A stretch of DNA of 64,000 nt from an uncultured SAR86 cluster bacterium. GTDB taxonomy: Bacteria > Pseudomonadota > Gammaproteobacteria > Magnimaribacterales > AG-339-G14. Positions 1-9,775 of the stretch are shown here, piece after piece. The position numbers and the translations under genes are program-made. The stretch covers positions 246,693-310,692 of the forward strand of contig CACPDB010000001.1 of assembly GCA_902632605.1 (NCBI GenBank), in the 5' to 3' direction. The stretch's first letter is position 1; every line of letters begins with the position of its first letter. The notes under the pieces are model-generated. The model had not been told where the DNA came from. It searched no databases and was given only the letters and a program-made list of their open reading frames with translations.

Positions 1-1
1 A

Positions 2-484
2 AAATCTAAACTTCTCAATGAATTAGCTGTTTTTAGCGAGCTTTTAGAAGATGATTTATTTCATGTTGCCAAACAATTTCCAAGACCCAGTGAAATCGAT
101 CAGTTTCCAAGTTTTTTTAAGTTAAATAACAATTTTAGAGATGGCGAACCACTATTAGAACTGGTAAGAAATTCATCCTCCGATGGGTTGGATGATCTTG
201 GGGCTATCAATAAAGTCATATATAAAATAGAAGATAAAGTTCTTTACAGGAATTTTTCAAATTTTTTAAATTCTTCTTATGAGGCCAAGGCTTTTGCTTT
301 GATTTCAGAGATTGAAGATTTAGAGATTAAGGTTTTGTATGAGAAAAATGAATATCTCACTTGGCCACCATTCAATGAAGCTGATTTAAATATTTATCCT
401 ACTTTGATGGAGGTCAACATTAAATTTTCTGAGGGTAATTTTAATAAAATACTATTCATAAGCGGAGATGACATTGTTGGATAA
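2..484 (+). CDS. gspJ: Type II secretion minor pseudopilin GspJ (5'-partial)
   Basis: Frame is open from position 2 (KSKLLNELAVFSELLEDDLFH...) to the stop at 484, so the track start at 188 is internal. It lies directly upstream of gspK, and the segment 'KVIYKIEDKVLYR' resembles GspJ. Confidence 0.7.
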   Translation, partial: KSKLLNELAVFSELLEDDLFHVAKQFPRPSEIDQFPSFFKLNNNFRDGEPLLELVRNSSSDGLDDLGAINKVIYKIEDKVLYRNFSNFLNSSYEAKAFALISEIEDLEIKVLYEKNEYLTWPPFNEADLNIYPTLMEVNIKFSEGNFNKILFISGDDIVG

Positions 485-1454
485 AAAACTCAAAGGCGCC
501 GCTTTGATTATGGCGCTTTTTGTAACTGCAATTATCGCTTCAGTAAGTGCAGGTTTATTTTCAATGGTATCTACGAACCTTGAAAATGAAAAAAATATGA
601 TTAGCGAGCAGCAGGCAGTCCTTACGACATTGAGTTTAGAATCCTTCACAAAAAAATATCTCAACAACAAAGAAAATAGAAATAATATTGTTCTTGCCGC
701 AAATAATTTTTCTCAGAAAAGCCCAATAAATCTTCCTTTGGAAAGGGGAAATCTCGAAGCAAATATTGTTGATATGGGCCAATGCTTTAATTTGAATTCC
801 TTGATCTCTATATCGGCAACAGGCGAAGAAACTGCAAATCAAGAAAATTTAGAATTTTTTAAAAATCTCATGAAGAGCTTATTTATTCAAGATCAAAAAA
901 TTGAAGAAATTTCTCCTGCTGTTGTTGATTGGCTTGATAAAGATTTTTTTCCAGATTCTTACCTCGGTGTTGAGGATGACTTTTATAGAAATGAAAAACC
1001 TTCAAGATTGACTTCAAATCAGTTCTTTTTTGATATTACAGAACTTAGAGATGTAAAAGGTATGACCGAAGAGATTTTCCAAAAATTAAAACCTTATATA
1101 TGTGCCTTCAATTCCGTTGAAACAAAAATTAACATCAACTCATTAAATCCCTTTTATCCGAATATCTTGGTGGCTTTAAGTTCAAATACTTTGAGTGAAC
1201 TTGAAGCAAGAAATATTTTGAATAACAAACCTTTGGGTGGTTACTCATCAATTTCAGATTTCTTAAATCAACAAGAAATAAAAACAGCTTTTGCCAGTAA
1301 ATTTTCTAAATCAAATCTTACCCTAGAGACAAAATATTTTATTTTAAATACAAACATAAAAATTGATGAAAAAGATTATCATCTTAAAAGTCACATTTTC
1401 ATTTTGAACGAATCTCCAAAAGTGATTCGTCGAAAATTCGGAGAGTATTTGTGA
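468..1454 (+). CDS. gspK: Type II secretion minor pseudopilin GspK
   Basis: Class III signal 'KLKGAALIMALFVTAII', 'CFNLNSL', 'VDWLDKD..GVEDDFY', 'KININS'. Confidence 0.92.
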   Translation: MTLLDKKLKGAALIMALFVTAIIASVSAGLFSMVSTNLENEKNMISEQQAVLTTLSLESFTKKYLNNKENRNNIVLAANNFSQKSPINLPLERGNLEANIVDMGQCFNLNSLISISATGEETANQENLEFFKNLMKSLFIQDQKIEEISPAVVDWLDKDFFPDSYLGVEDDFYRNEKPSRLTSNQFFFDITELRDVKGMTEEIFQKLKPYICAFNSVETKININSLNPFYPNILVALSSNTLSELEARNILNNKPLGGYSSISDFLNQQEIKTAFASKFSKSNLTLETKYFILNTNIKIDEKDYHLKSHIFILNESPKVIRRKFGEYL

Positions 1455-2584
1455 GCGGTCAAAAAATATTTTTTTACGACGAATCATTTAATATTTTGTT
1501 TTCTTCAGAAACATCAAGTGATGAAGAAAAATCAATTCTCAAGGTAAATTCCAATGAGGAAAATATTGCAATCATTGCTTCTAATGACTTTTCTTTTTAT
1601 AAATTTGATTTGCCCACCACCTCGCAAAGGAATTTAAAAAAAGTAATTCCTTTCATGTTGAGTGAAGAAATACTTGGCGAAGTTGAAGATTATTTTTGGA
1701 TCCAAGACGGTAAATCGGAAATAGTTGGCATCGTTGAACATCAAAAAATTCAGGAAATAAAAGATAAATTAGATCCTAAAGTTAACAAATTAATTCCTAT
1801 TCAAGCTTTATCTTCTTCTATAGAAAATCTCCTGGTTATTCTTGGGGACAAAGCATTTATTTCTCTTCAAGATAACTGGTATTGGTTTGCTGATAAAAAA
1901 TCAATTTTAAATACTTTGGCACTCACCATAAGAAAATATGAGATAAAGAAGCTTAATGTTTGGGCTACCGAAAAAAAATTAGAACTTCCAAATCTAGATA
2001 TCGATACCGAAGAAAAATATTTCCCATCCACGAAAGATTTGCTGAACGAATTTTCTCAAATATTGGATATAAAAAATTCTCTTAATTTTTTCAGTAAAGA
2101 ATACGAGCAGAAAATAGATTGGCGATCAATTTTTCTTCGTTATAAATTTTATGGATATTCGTCACTTGCTTTTTTTGGCATTTTTCTTCTTTCAGCAATC
2201 GTTCAGTTTTCTTATTTAAACGTCTCTAATAATCTATTGAAAAATAAAATCATTGATACCTTTAAAGAAAAATTTCCTTCTGAGAACCTCGAATCTGATC
2301 TCATCAGCCAAGTTAATGGTTTAATCAATCAGGGGCAAATAGATTATTCTGCTCTTAATGCAGTGAGTATTGTTTCTGATGCGGTGAGCAATAGTGAAAA
2401 CATTGTCTTGGTTTCTATTTCTTATGAGCGCACTAGATTCATTATCGAAGTTCAAACCAATTCTTATGACCAGCTGCAAGAATACGTTGATTTGGTTAAT
2501 TCCATGGGATTGAGTGTCAATCTAGGAGCCTCAAGAAGAGTTAACAATTTTATTCAAGGAGAAATAAGCATCAATGCGTTTTAA
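1451..2584 (+). CDS. gspL: Type II secretion protein GspL
   Basis: Position between gspK and gspM; 'KVIPFMLSEEILGEVED' motif; single TM near aa 235-255 followed by a periplasmic domain. Confidence 0.85.
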   Translation: MSGQKIFFYDESFNILFSSETSSDEEKSILKVNSNEENIAIIASNDFSFYKFDLPTTSQRNLKKVIPFMLSEEILGEVEDYFWIQDGKSEIVGIVEHQKIQEIKDKLDPKVNKLIPIQALSSSIENLLVILGDKAFISLQDNWYWFADKKSILNTLALTIRKYEIKKLNVWATEKKLELPNLDIDTEEKYFPSTKDLLNEFSQILDIKNSLNFFSKEYEQKIDWRSIFLRYKFYGYSSLAFFGIFLLSAIVQFSYLNVSNNLLKNKIIDTFKEKFPSENLESDLISQVNGLINQGQIDYSALNAVSIVSDAVSNSENIVLVSISYERTRFIIEVQTNSYDQLQEYVDLVNSMGLSVNLGASRRVNNFIQGEISINAF

Positions 2585-3026
2585 CTTTAGTAAATTCTCT
2601 AATCGAGAACAGATACTTATTTTAGGTTTCATCATTTTGATATTTATTTCTGCTTTGATTTCTGTTATTTCTTGGCTCAATACCAAAAACCAATCTTTAG
2701 AAAAGGAAAATCAAAATATCATAAGTCGACTTAACTATATTGAGTCCATACCCAGTTCTGTTTCATCAAATAGAAATCTTTATTCAGACAACATATCTAT
2801 TTTGGTAAATTCAACTTCCAAAGAAAAAAATATTCAAATCGATAGAACACAACCATTTAATGACAATGCAATGATGGTGTGGGTTAATGAGGTAAATTTT
2901 ATAGATCTTTATAATTGGATGATTTTAATGGGCGAACAAGGGGGAGAGATTGTAAAAATGAATGTCCGTAAATCAAAAAAAGACAAAGTTAACGCTCAAA
3001 TATCGATACTACTGAAAACAAATTGA
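2574..3026 (+). CDS. gspM: Type II secretion protein GspM
   Basis: 'FSNREQILILG' N-terminus, one TM, 'VWVNEVNFIDLYNWM'. Confidence 0.88.
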   Translation: MRFNFSKFSNREQILILGFIILIFISALISVISWLNTKNQSLEKENQNIISRLNYIESIPSSVSSNRNLYSDNISILVNSTSKEKNIQIDRTQPFNDNAMMVWVNEVNFIDLYNWMILMGEQGGEIVKMNVRKSKKDKVNAQISILLKTN

Positions 3027-3742
3027 AAAAATTTTTTTTAGCAACTTTTATTCTAATATTTTTAATTGCGGGAATTAGTTTGCTTAGGTTGCCTTTAAGT
3101 TTGGTTTCTCCAACAGTTAAAGAATTATTTCCACAAGTTAGTTATACCAGTATTGAGGGGACCATCTGGTCAGGAAGAATTAATAATCTATCCTTTGCAG
3201 AGGAATATCTAGGTAGTTTAAACACCAGTTTCAATTTGAGAAATTTATCTTTTTTGGTTGATGAAAGAGGTCTTTTCTTGGAAGGAAACATAAATCTAAT
3301 ATCAACCATTTTAAACAACCAAGTTTCTTTGGAAGATATAAATTTGAATCTAAATTCAAAGCGATTCTTAAGAAAAGTACCGGTGATTTCATCTGTATCC
3401 GGGGAGAACATTTCAATTATTTTCGATGTAAATGGCTGTTATTTTTCAGAGGGAAGTATATATGCCTCTTTGAGACAAACAAATAAGTTAGATCAACTCT
3501 CCAATGCTAAGCTATCTGGAACAATTTCTTGTAAGGATAATAAAATGCTTGGCTCATTTTTTTCTACTCCTAAAGACGATGTTTTGAAAGGAACCTTTGA
3601 ATTGGATAAAGAATTAAATTATTTAGTGATTGCTAATTCCAAGAGACTCTTTGCAAAAATAACATCATTCTTTGAGAGTGGTTTTACCTCTAGTCCAGAT
3701 GTTAAACTAACAGGAAATTTATTCGATTTTTTTCAAGATTAA
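3023..3742 (+). CDS. gspN: Type II secretion protein GspN
   Basis: N-terminal TM, 'IEGTIWSGRI' motif, last gene of the gsp run. Confidence 0.82.
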   Translation: MKKFFLATFILIFLIAGISLLRLPLSLVSPTVKELFPQVSYTSIEGTIWSGRINNLSFAEEYLGSLNTSFNLRNLSFLVDERGLFLEGNINLISTILNNQVSLEDINLNLNSKRFLRKVPVISSVSGENISIIFDVNGCYFSEGSIYASLRQTNKLDQLSNAKLSGTISCKDNKMLGSFFSTPKDDVLKGTFELDKELNYLVIANSKRLFAKITSFFESGFTSSPDVKLTGNLFDFFQD

Positions 3743-4621
3743 ATGCTAATAGGTAAAAATCCTCTCAACGAGGCACCAGAATGGTTTGTAAAAAATATTT
3801 CTGAGCGTCCAGAAAAATGTTCAGTCACTGTGAATGGTGCTGAGATAAAGTATTTTATATGGGGAGATAAGACTAAAAAACCTCTACTTTTGCTTCATGG
3901 TTACAATGCTCACTCATTTTGGTGGGATCATATTGCACCTTCTTTAACAGAAAATCATTGCGTGGTAGGTCTTGATTTTTCTGGGATGGGTGAGAGCGAT
4001 AGAAGAGAAGGGTATTCTCAAGAAATTTTTGTTGATGATGTTAAGGGTGTGATTGATGATTTATCTTGGAAGTCTTGTACTTGTATTGCACATAGTATGG
4101 GAGGTTCAATAGCGACTTTAGCAACATCAATTTATCAAAATATTTTTGAACATCTTATTTTATTAGACTCGATGATTGTTATACCTCCAAACGTGGCTGA
4201 AAGAATGGCTTCCAATAGACCTTCAGCACGTATGGTTGTTGCAAGTCCTGATTTAGAAACTGCAATGGCAAGATTTAGACTAACTCCCTCTCAACCTTGT
4301 AAAGATTATGTTTTGAGACATATTGCAGAAACATCTTATGTAGAGGAGTCAGACGGATGGTATCTAAAATCCGATCCATTGATTCCTAATACCTACAAAT
4401 ATAACGATCTACACGATGCTTTTACTCAGTTAGATTGCAAACTTGATTATGTCTACGGTCAAGCAAGCCAATTAGTGACTCAAGAAGTCTTGGAGTATAT
4501 GACTTACGTAGGCAACTTGGATGAAACATATATTCATTCTTTACCCGGAGCAATGCATCATCTTTTCTTAGATATGCCTGAAGAATTCATATTCTTAATA
4601 AAAAGGTTACTGTCCAAATGA
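3743..4621 (+). CDS. Alpha/beta fold hydrolase
   Basis: 'LLHGYNAH', 'LDFSGMGES', nucleophile elbow 'AHSMGG', C-terminal His 'GAMHH'. Confidence 0.9.
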   Translation: MLIGKNPLNEAPEWFVKNISERPEKCSVTVNGAEIKYFIWGDKTKKPLLLLHGYNAHSFWWDHIAPSLTENHCVVGLDFSGMGESDRREGYSQEIFVDDVKGVIDDLSWKSCTCIAHSMGGSIATLATSIYQNIFEHLILLDSMIVIPPNVAERMASNRPSARMVVASPDLETAMARFRLTPSQPCKDYVLRHIAETSYVEESDGWYLKSDPLIPNTYKYNDLHDAFTQLDCKLDYVYGQASQLVTQEVLEYMTYVGNLDETYIHSLPGAMHHLFLDMPEEFIFLIKRLLSK

Positions 4622-5838
4622 CCAAACCCTTAGTGGAAGGATTCTGTGATCCTGAATTTTCCAATCTCGAAGAAATCTTCGCTAAAGCTATCAAATCTGG
4701 ATTTGATGATGGAGCTGGTTTTGCTTTAGAAATTGAAGGTAAAGAAGTTTTAAATCTTTGGGGAGGATTTTCTGATAAAGAGCATCAAAAAAACTGGCAA
4801 AAAGATACCTTGGTAAATGTTTTTTCAGTAACCAAGGCAATGACTTCAACTTGTGCTTTACAACTAATTGAATCAGGAAACTTAAATCCTAATGCTCTAG
4901 TATCCGATTATTGGCCTGAATATGCATGTGCGGGAAAAGAGAACACCAAAGTATTTGATTTTCTTACTCACAGAGCAGGGATGTTTGGTTTTCAAAGTCC
5001 TTTGCCACAAGATTCTTGGGGAGATTGGGATATGATTGTAGATAGACTTGCAAAGCAAAATCCAATTAGAGAACCTGGAACAACTCAAGGTTATCATGCA
5101 GTTACATTTGGCTATCTAGTGGGTGAATTGGTCCGAAGAATTGACGGTAGATCTTTGGGTAAATATTTCAAAGAAGAAATTGCTGATAAATTTGATATTG
5201 ATTTTATCATTGGCCTAAACGATGAAGAAATAAACAGATGTGCAGATTTATTATTACTTTCTGGCAAACCTAATCCATTAATACAATTGATTTTATCTTT
5301 ACCCAGCTGGCTTCTTCCTGCGCAAGTAAAAATAGTCAAAGAAACACTAAAAAGTAAAGAGTATGCAAAGGCTTTTTTAGAAATTATGGAAGTAGAAGAA
5401 AATGAATCTGCACCTTCAGACTATCCCAATTCAAATACTTGGCGAAAGGCAGAAATTCCGGCGGCCAATGGCCATGGCACTGCATCTGGGATAGCAAAAT
5501 TTTTTGGTATTTTAGCTTCTGGCGGCTCAAGGGATGGTCAAAGAATGCTTAAACCAGAAACTATTAAAGAAGCAACAATTCCGAAAACAACTGGGCCTGA
5601 TGTTGTTCTTTTTCAAGCACCTTACAAATTTGGCTTAGGCTATCAAATTGACGCACCTTTTTCTCCAATTGGTATGAAAGAAGGGATGTTTGGTCATACT
5701 GGTATTGCAGGTGCGACGGGTTTTGCTGATTTAAATCATAAAGTGGGTTTTGGCTTTACGAACAATAGACAACATTCTCTAGGTAAGCTTTATCGAACCT
5801 CGAACAGTCTAGCTAAAAAACTTTATGAGATTCTTTAA
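4618..5838 (+). CDS. Serine hydrolase, beta-lactamase fold (EstB-like esterase)
   Basis: SxxK 'FSVTK', 'GYHAVTFG', 'AEIPAANG', 'FGHTG'. Confidence 0.9.
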   Translation: MTKPLVEGFCDPEFSNLEEIFAKAIKSGFDDGAGFALEIEGKEVLNLWGGFSDKEHQKNWQKDTLVNVFSVTKAMTSTCALQLIESGNLNPNALVSDYWPEYACAGKENTKVFDFLTHRAGMFGFQSPLPQDSWGDWDMIVDRLAKQNPIREPGTTQGYHAVTFGYLVGELVRRIDGRSLGKYFKEEIADKFDIDFIIGLNDEEINRCADLLLLSGKPNPLIQLILSLPSWLLPAQVKIVKETLKSKEYAKAFLEIMEVEENESAPSDYPNSNTWRKAEIPAANGHGTASGIAKFFGILASGGSRDGQRMLKPETIKEATIPKTTGPDVVLFQAPYKFGLGYQIDAPFSPIGMKEGMFGHTGIAGATGFADLNHKVGFGFTNNRQHSLGKLYRTSNSLAKKLYEIL

Positions 5839-5848
5839 TCATATTTAA

Positions 5849-6610
5849 ATGATTTTAGAACCATACTTTTATTTAATCGCAGTAGTTTCGGTATTCCTCC
5901 ACGGAATGGGTAAGGGTGGCTTTATTGGAGCTGGTTCGTTTGGTTCTTTGCTTGCCATTCCAATGCTTTCTATCTTTATTCCTCCTTTTCAAGCAGTAGC
6001 AATTTTATTACTTCCATTGATTTTCATGGATCTTGTAACGGTTTGGAGATATCGCAGAATGTGGGATATGGAAATTTTAAAATTCATTGTACCACTGGCA
6101 TTTCTCGGCATTATGATTGGTACCTTCTCGTTTAGTTATCTTTCTGAAGATAGTATCAGAGTCATCATTGGCCTAATGGCAGTTATTTTCTGCTTAGATT
6201 ATTATTTGCGAAAAAATTCAACTCAACCAAGAAAACCCTCTTTATGGGGTTCATATTTTTGGCCCTCCTTATCAGGATTTACAAGTTTTTCTATTCACGC
6301 AGGCGGTCTTCCTTTGAGTTTTTATCTTTTGCCAATGAGGCTAGACAGGAGAATATATGTCGCTACAGCAGGACTATTTTATTTATTGATAAATTTATTC
6401 AAAATCTTTCCCTACGCTTATCTAGGTCAAATGAATTTTCAAAATATTTATACTTCTTTGATGCTTCTGCCTCTTGCTCCTCTCGGAGTTTATGCAGGAG
6501 CATATTTAGTAGATAAAATAAACCAAGATTGGTTTTATCGCATTGGTTACTTTTGTACGCTTATCGCAGGATTAAAGTTAGTTTATGATGGCTTACAAAA
6601 CTTTATGTAA
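5849..6610 (+). CDS. TSUP (TauE/SafE) family membrane transporter
   Basis: Multi-TM protein; 'GMGKGGF', 'SGFTSFSIHAGG'. Confidence 0.88.
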   Translation: MILEPYFYLIAVVSVFLHGMGKGGFIGAGSFGSLLAIPMLSIFIPPFQAVAILLLPLIFMDLVTVWRYRRMWDMEILKFIVPLAFLGIMIGTFSFSYLSEDSIRVIIGLMAVIFCLDYYLRKNSTQPRKPSLWGSYFWPSLSGFTSFSIHAGGLPLSFYLLPMRLDRRIYVATAGLFYLLINLFKIFPYAYLGQMNFQNIYTSLMLLPLAPLGVYAGAYLVDKINQDWFYRIGYFCTLIAGLKLVYDGLQNFM

Positions 6611-7350
6611 TGACAAAATTAAGCGTCAACATTAATAAAATTGCTTTAATTAGAAATTCCAGAAAAGGTAATAATCCATCACTGGAATTCTTTTCAAAGA
6701 AAATAATAGAAGCTGGAGCTGCTGGAATTACTGTCCATCCTAGACCTGATGCGAGACACATTAAACCCGATGATTTATCGGACTTATCATTATTAACAAA
6801 AGAGTTAAATGTAGAATTTAATATAGAAGGGAATCCCTACGAAGAACGATCAGGAGATTACCCGGGATTTTTGAATCTTATCGATGCAATAATTCCATCC
6901 CAATGCACTCTTGTTCCTGACGACCGTAACCAATTAACTTCTGATCATGGCTGGAATATTCATTCTGAACATAATAAGTTAAAAGAAGTCCTAAATTATC
7001 TTAAAGACAATAATATCCGAAGTAGCATCTTTATTGATCCTGATAAATCTCAATTAGATGCAGCAAAAGATATCGAGGTTGACCGAGTAGAGATATATAC
7101 CGGTCCTTTTGCTGAAGCTTTTGAAAAGAAAGATGGAGCTGTCCTCAACTTATACAAAGAAGCTATTGAATATGCAAATGAAATTGATCTTGAGGTTAAT
7201 GCAGGTCATGACTTGAATTTAGATAATTTACCTACGTTATTGTCTTATGGAGAGATTAAGGAAGTATCTATTGGACATGCACTAATATCAGAGTCTTTAG
7301 TCTACGGAATAGAGAATACAGTTAAGAAATATATTAAAATAACTCAATGA
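6610..7350 (+). CDS. pdxJ: Pyridoxine 5'-phosphate synthase
   Basis: 'LSVNINKIALIRNSR', 'GITVHPRPDARHI', 'VNAGHDLN', 'EVSIGHALI'. Confidence 0.97.
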   Translation: MTKLSVNINKIALIRNSRKGNNPSLEFFSKKIIEAGAAGITVHPRPDARHIKPDDLSDLSLLTKELNVEFNIEGNPYEERSGDYPGFLNLIDAIIPSQCTLVPDDRNQLTSDHGWNIHSEHNKLKEVLNYLKDNNIRSSIFIDPDKSQLDAAKDIEVDRVEIYTGPFAEAFEKKDGAVLNLYKEAIEYANEIDLEVNAGHDLNLDNLPTLLSYGEIKEVSIGHALISESLVYGIENTVKKYIKITQ

Positions 7351-7661
7351 CTACCGAAGAAAAAATAAAGTCTCAAATAGCAGATAATCAAATTCTCTTG
7401 TATATGAAAGGTTCACCTGAGCAACCTCAGTGTGGTTTTTCACAAAGAGCTACTCAAATATTAATGGCGTGCGGGAAGGAATTCTCTTTTGTAGATATCC
7501 TTTCAAATCCTGAGATAAGAGAAACACTTCCAACTGTTTCAAATTGGCCAACTTTCCCTCAATTATATGTAGATGGTGAACTAATTGGAGGCAGTGATAT
7601 CATGTTTGAAATGTATCAGTCTGGGGAATTGCAAGAATTGATTGATTCTATAGAAAGTTAA
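7347..7661 (+). CDS. grxD: Monothiol glutaredoxin Grx4
   Basis: 'MKGSPEQPQCGFS', 'WPTFPQLY'. Confidence 0.97.
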   Translation: MTTEEKIKSQIADNQILLYMKGSPEQPQCGFSQRATQILMACGKEFSFVDILSNPEIRETLPTVSNWPTFPQLYVDGELIGGSDIMFEMYQSGELQELIDSIES

Positions 7662-7703
7662 ATCATTCTAAACTCAAATATTTTTTAGCTGTCTAATTTT
7701 GTT

Positions 7704-8882
7704 ATGAAAAAAGTAATTTTAGCCTATTCAGGAGGTCTAGATACTTCGGTGATTCTTAAGTGGTTGCAAGAAGAAAAAAATCTAGATGTTGTAACTTATA
7801 CAGCCGATCTAGGTCAGGGTGATATTTCAGATGACTTAGAAGAAAAAGCAAAAAATCTTGGAGCCAGCAAAGTAATTGTTGAAGATCTCACTGAAGAATT
7901 TATTTCTGAATACGTTTATCCAATGTTTAGGTGTAATACCATTTTTGAAGGGGAATATCTTTTAGGTACTGCAATCGCACGACCCTTAATTGCAAAAAAA
8001 CTAGTTGATATAGGTAGGCAAGAAGATACAAATATTATTTGCCATGGGGCTACTGGCAAAGGAAATGATCAAATAAGATTTGAAATAGGGGCTCATGCTC
8101 TAAATCCATCTATAGAGGTGATAGCACCATGGCGAGACTGGGATATGGTATCGAGAACAGACTTAATGAATTATTGTATAAATCATCAGATACCCATGCC
8201 TGCTTCGAAAGCAGAAGAGCCGCCATTCTCAATGGATGAAAATTTATTGCATATTTCTTATGAGGGTGGCGTTTTGGAGGATTTAAATAATGCTCCTCCC
8301 GAAGACATGTGGTTGAATACTAAATCATTGGAAGATGCTTCAGAAAAACCTGAAGAAATAACTCTCGAATTTTTAAAAGGAGATCCTGTAGCTTTAAATG
8401 ACAAGAAATTATCACCTGCACAATTGTTTAAAAAATTAAACCTTCTTGGTGGTAAACATGGCATAGGAAGAATTGATATTGTTGAGTCAAGAGTAACAGG
8501 TATGAAATCAAGAGGTTGTTATGAAACTCCGGGTGGTACCATTTTATTGAAAGTTAGAAGAGCTATGGAGTCTTTATGTTTAACCGGCGAAGAGATAAAA
8601 AACAAAGATAAATTAATCCCTGACTATGCTGCTTTAATTTATGAGGGCTTATGGTGGAGTAACAAAAGAGTTAATCTCCAAGGCGAGATTGATTCTATAT
8701 CAAATAAAGTTAACGGTAAGGTCTCAGTAAAACTTTATAAAGGTAACATCATTTCAATTTCTAAAGAAAGTTCTAATTCTTTATACAACGAAAACAAAGT
8801 AAGCTTTGAAGAAGAAGGTGGTTTTTCTAATGAAGACATGAAATCTCATATCAAGAAAAATATTTTAGATTATGATATTTGA
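7704..8882 (+). CDS. argG: Argininosuccinate synthase
   Basis: 'LAYSGGLDTS', 'HGATGKGNDQIRFE', 'KSRGCYETPGGT'. Confidence 0.97.
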   Translation: MKKVILAYSGGLDTSVILKWLQEEKNLDVVTYTADLGQGDISDDLEEKAKNLGASKVIVEDLTEEFISEYVYPMFRCNTIFEGEYLLGTAIARPLIAKKLVDIGRQEDTNIICHGATGKGNDQIRFEIGAHALNPSIEVIAPWRDWDMVSRTDLMNYCINHQIPMPASKAEEPPFSMDENLLHISYEGGVLEDLNNAPPEDMWLNTKSLEDASEKPEEITLEFLKGDPVALNDKKLSPAQLFKKLNLLGGKHGIGRIDIVESRVTGMKSRGCYETPGGTILLKVRRAMESLCLTGEEIKNKDKLIPDYAALIYEGLWWSNKRVNLQGEIDSISNKVNGKVSVKLYKGNIISISKESSNSLYNENKVSFEEEGGFSNEDMKSHIKKNILDYDI

Positions 8883-9775
8883 TCTACCTCCAAAGAGATT
8901 TTTTCAATTTCTTTAATCTTTCTTGCCATATTGATTATTGTTTTGCCCGGACCAGAATCAATCAAAGAGGAAAGATTATTATCTAAAAGATAATCTAAAG
9001 TTTCTCTCCATCTCACGGTCTTGGTCAATTGATTTATAAGTGAATCTTGTATTATTTCAACATCAGAGGTTGGTTCAGCAAGAACATTTGGAATTACTGG
9101 AATAGAAGGGACCTTAAACTCTACTTCATTGAGTAATTTTGCTAGCCTTTCTTGAGCTTCATCCAGTAAATAGCAATGAGAAGGAACAGACATTTGAACC
9201 ATTTGAGTTTTAACTCTTCTAAATTCGCCATTAGCGATGTAGTTTTTGCAAGCTTCTATTGCAGAGTTCTTTCCGGCCAATACTGAAACACCATCTGCAT
9301 TATCAGTTGAAAAATTTATAGTTTCATCCGATTCGTTAATGTAATCTATCATTTTATAAACATCGTTAATTGGCATATTCAAAACAACCAGCATTCCAGC
9401 TGTTCCTTCTGGAACTGCTTCTTGCATTAATCTTCCTCGGTAATTTACTAACTTAACCGCATCCGACAATTCCAAACAATTTGAATAAACCAAAGCTGAA
9501 TATTCTCCAAGAGATAGACCCGCTGTTATATCAATATTTGAAAGTTTATTAGAGTATTTGGCTAATAAGACACTGGTAATTAAGATTGTTGGTTGTGAGA
9601 ATTCCGTAAGATTTATTTTTTCATCTGGTCCATTTCGAAGTAAATCTTCTAAATCAAAATCTAGGGATTTGGATACGTCATCAACGATAGATTTTACTTC
9701 GGAGACTTCTTCAAAAAGTGAATCCAGCATGCCAACTTTTTGGACGCCTTGACCAGGAAATAATAATGCTTTCAT
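8870..9775 (-). CDS. fabD: Malonyl-CoA:ACP transacylase
   Basis: 'LFPGQGVQKVGM', 'GLSLGEYSAL', 'SVPSHC'. Confidence 0.96.
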   Translation of the reverse strand: MKALLFPGQGVQKVGMLDSLFEEVSEVKSIVDDVSKSLDFDLEDLLRNGPDEKINLTEFSQPTILITSVLLAKYSNKLSNIDITAGLSLGEYSALVYSNCLELSDAVKLVNYRGRLMQEAVPEGTAGMLVVLNMPINDVYKMIDYINESDETINFSTDNADGVSVLAGKNSAIEACKNYIANGEFRRVKTQMVQMSVPSHCYLLDEAQERLAKLLNEVEFKVPSIPVIPNVLAEPTSDVEIIQDSLINQLTKTVRWRETLDYLLDNNLSSLIDSGPGKTIINMARKIKEIEKISLEVDQIS

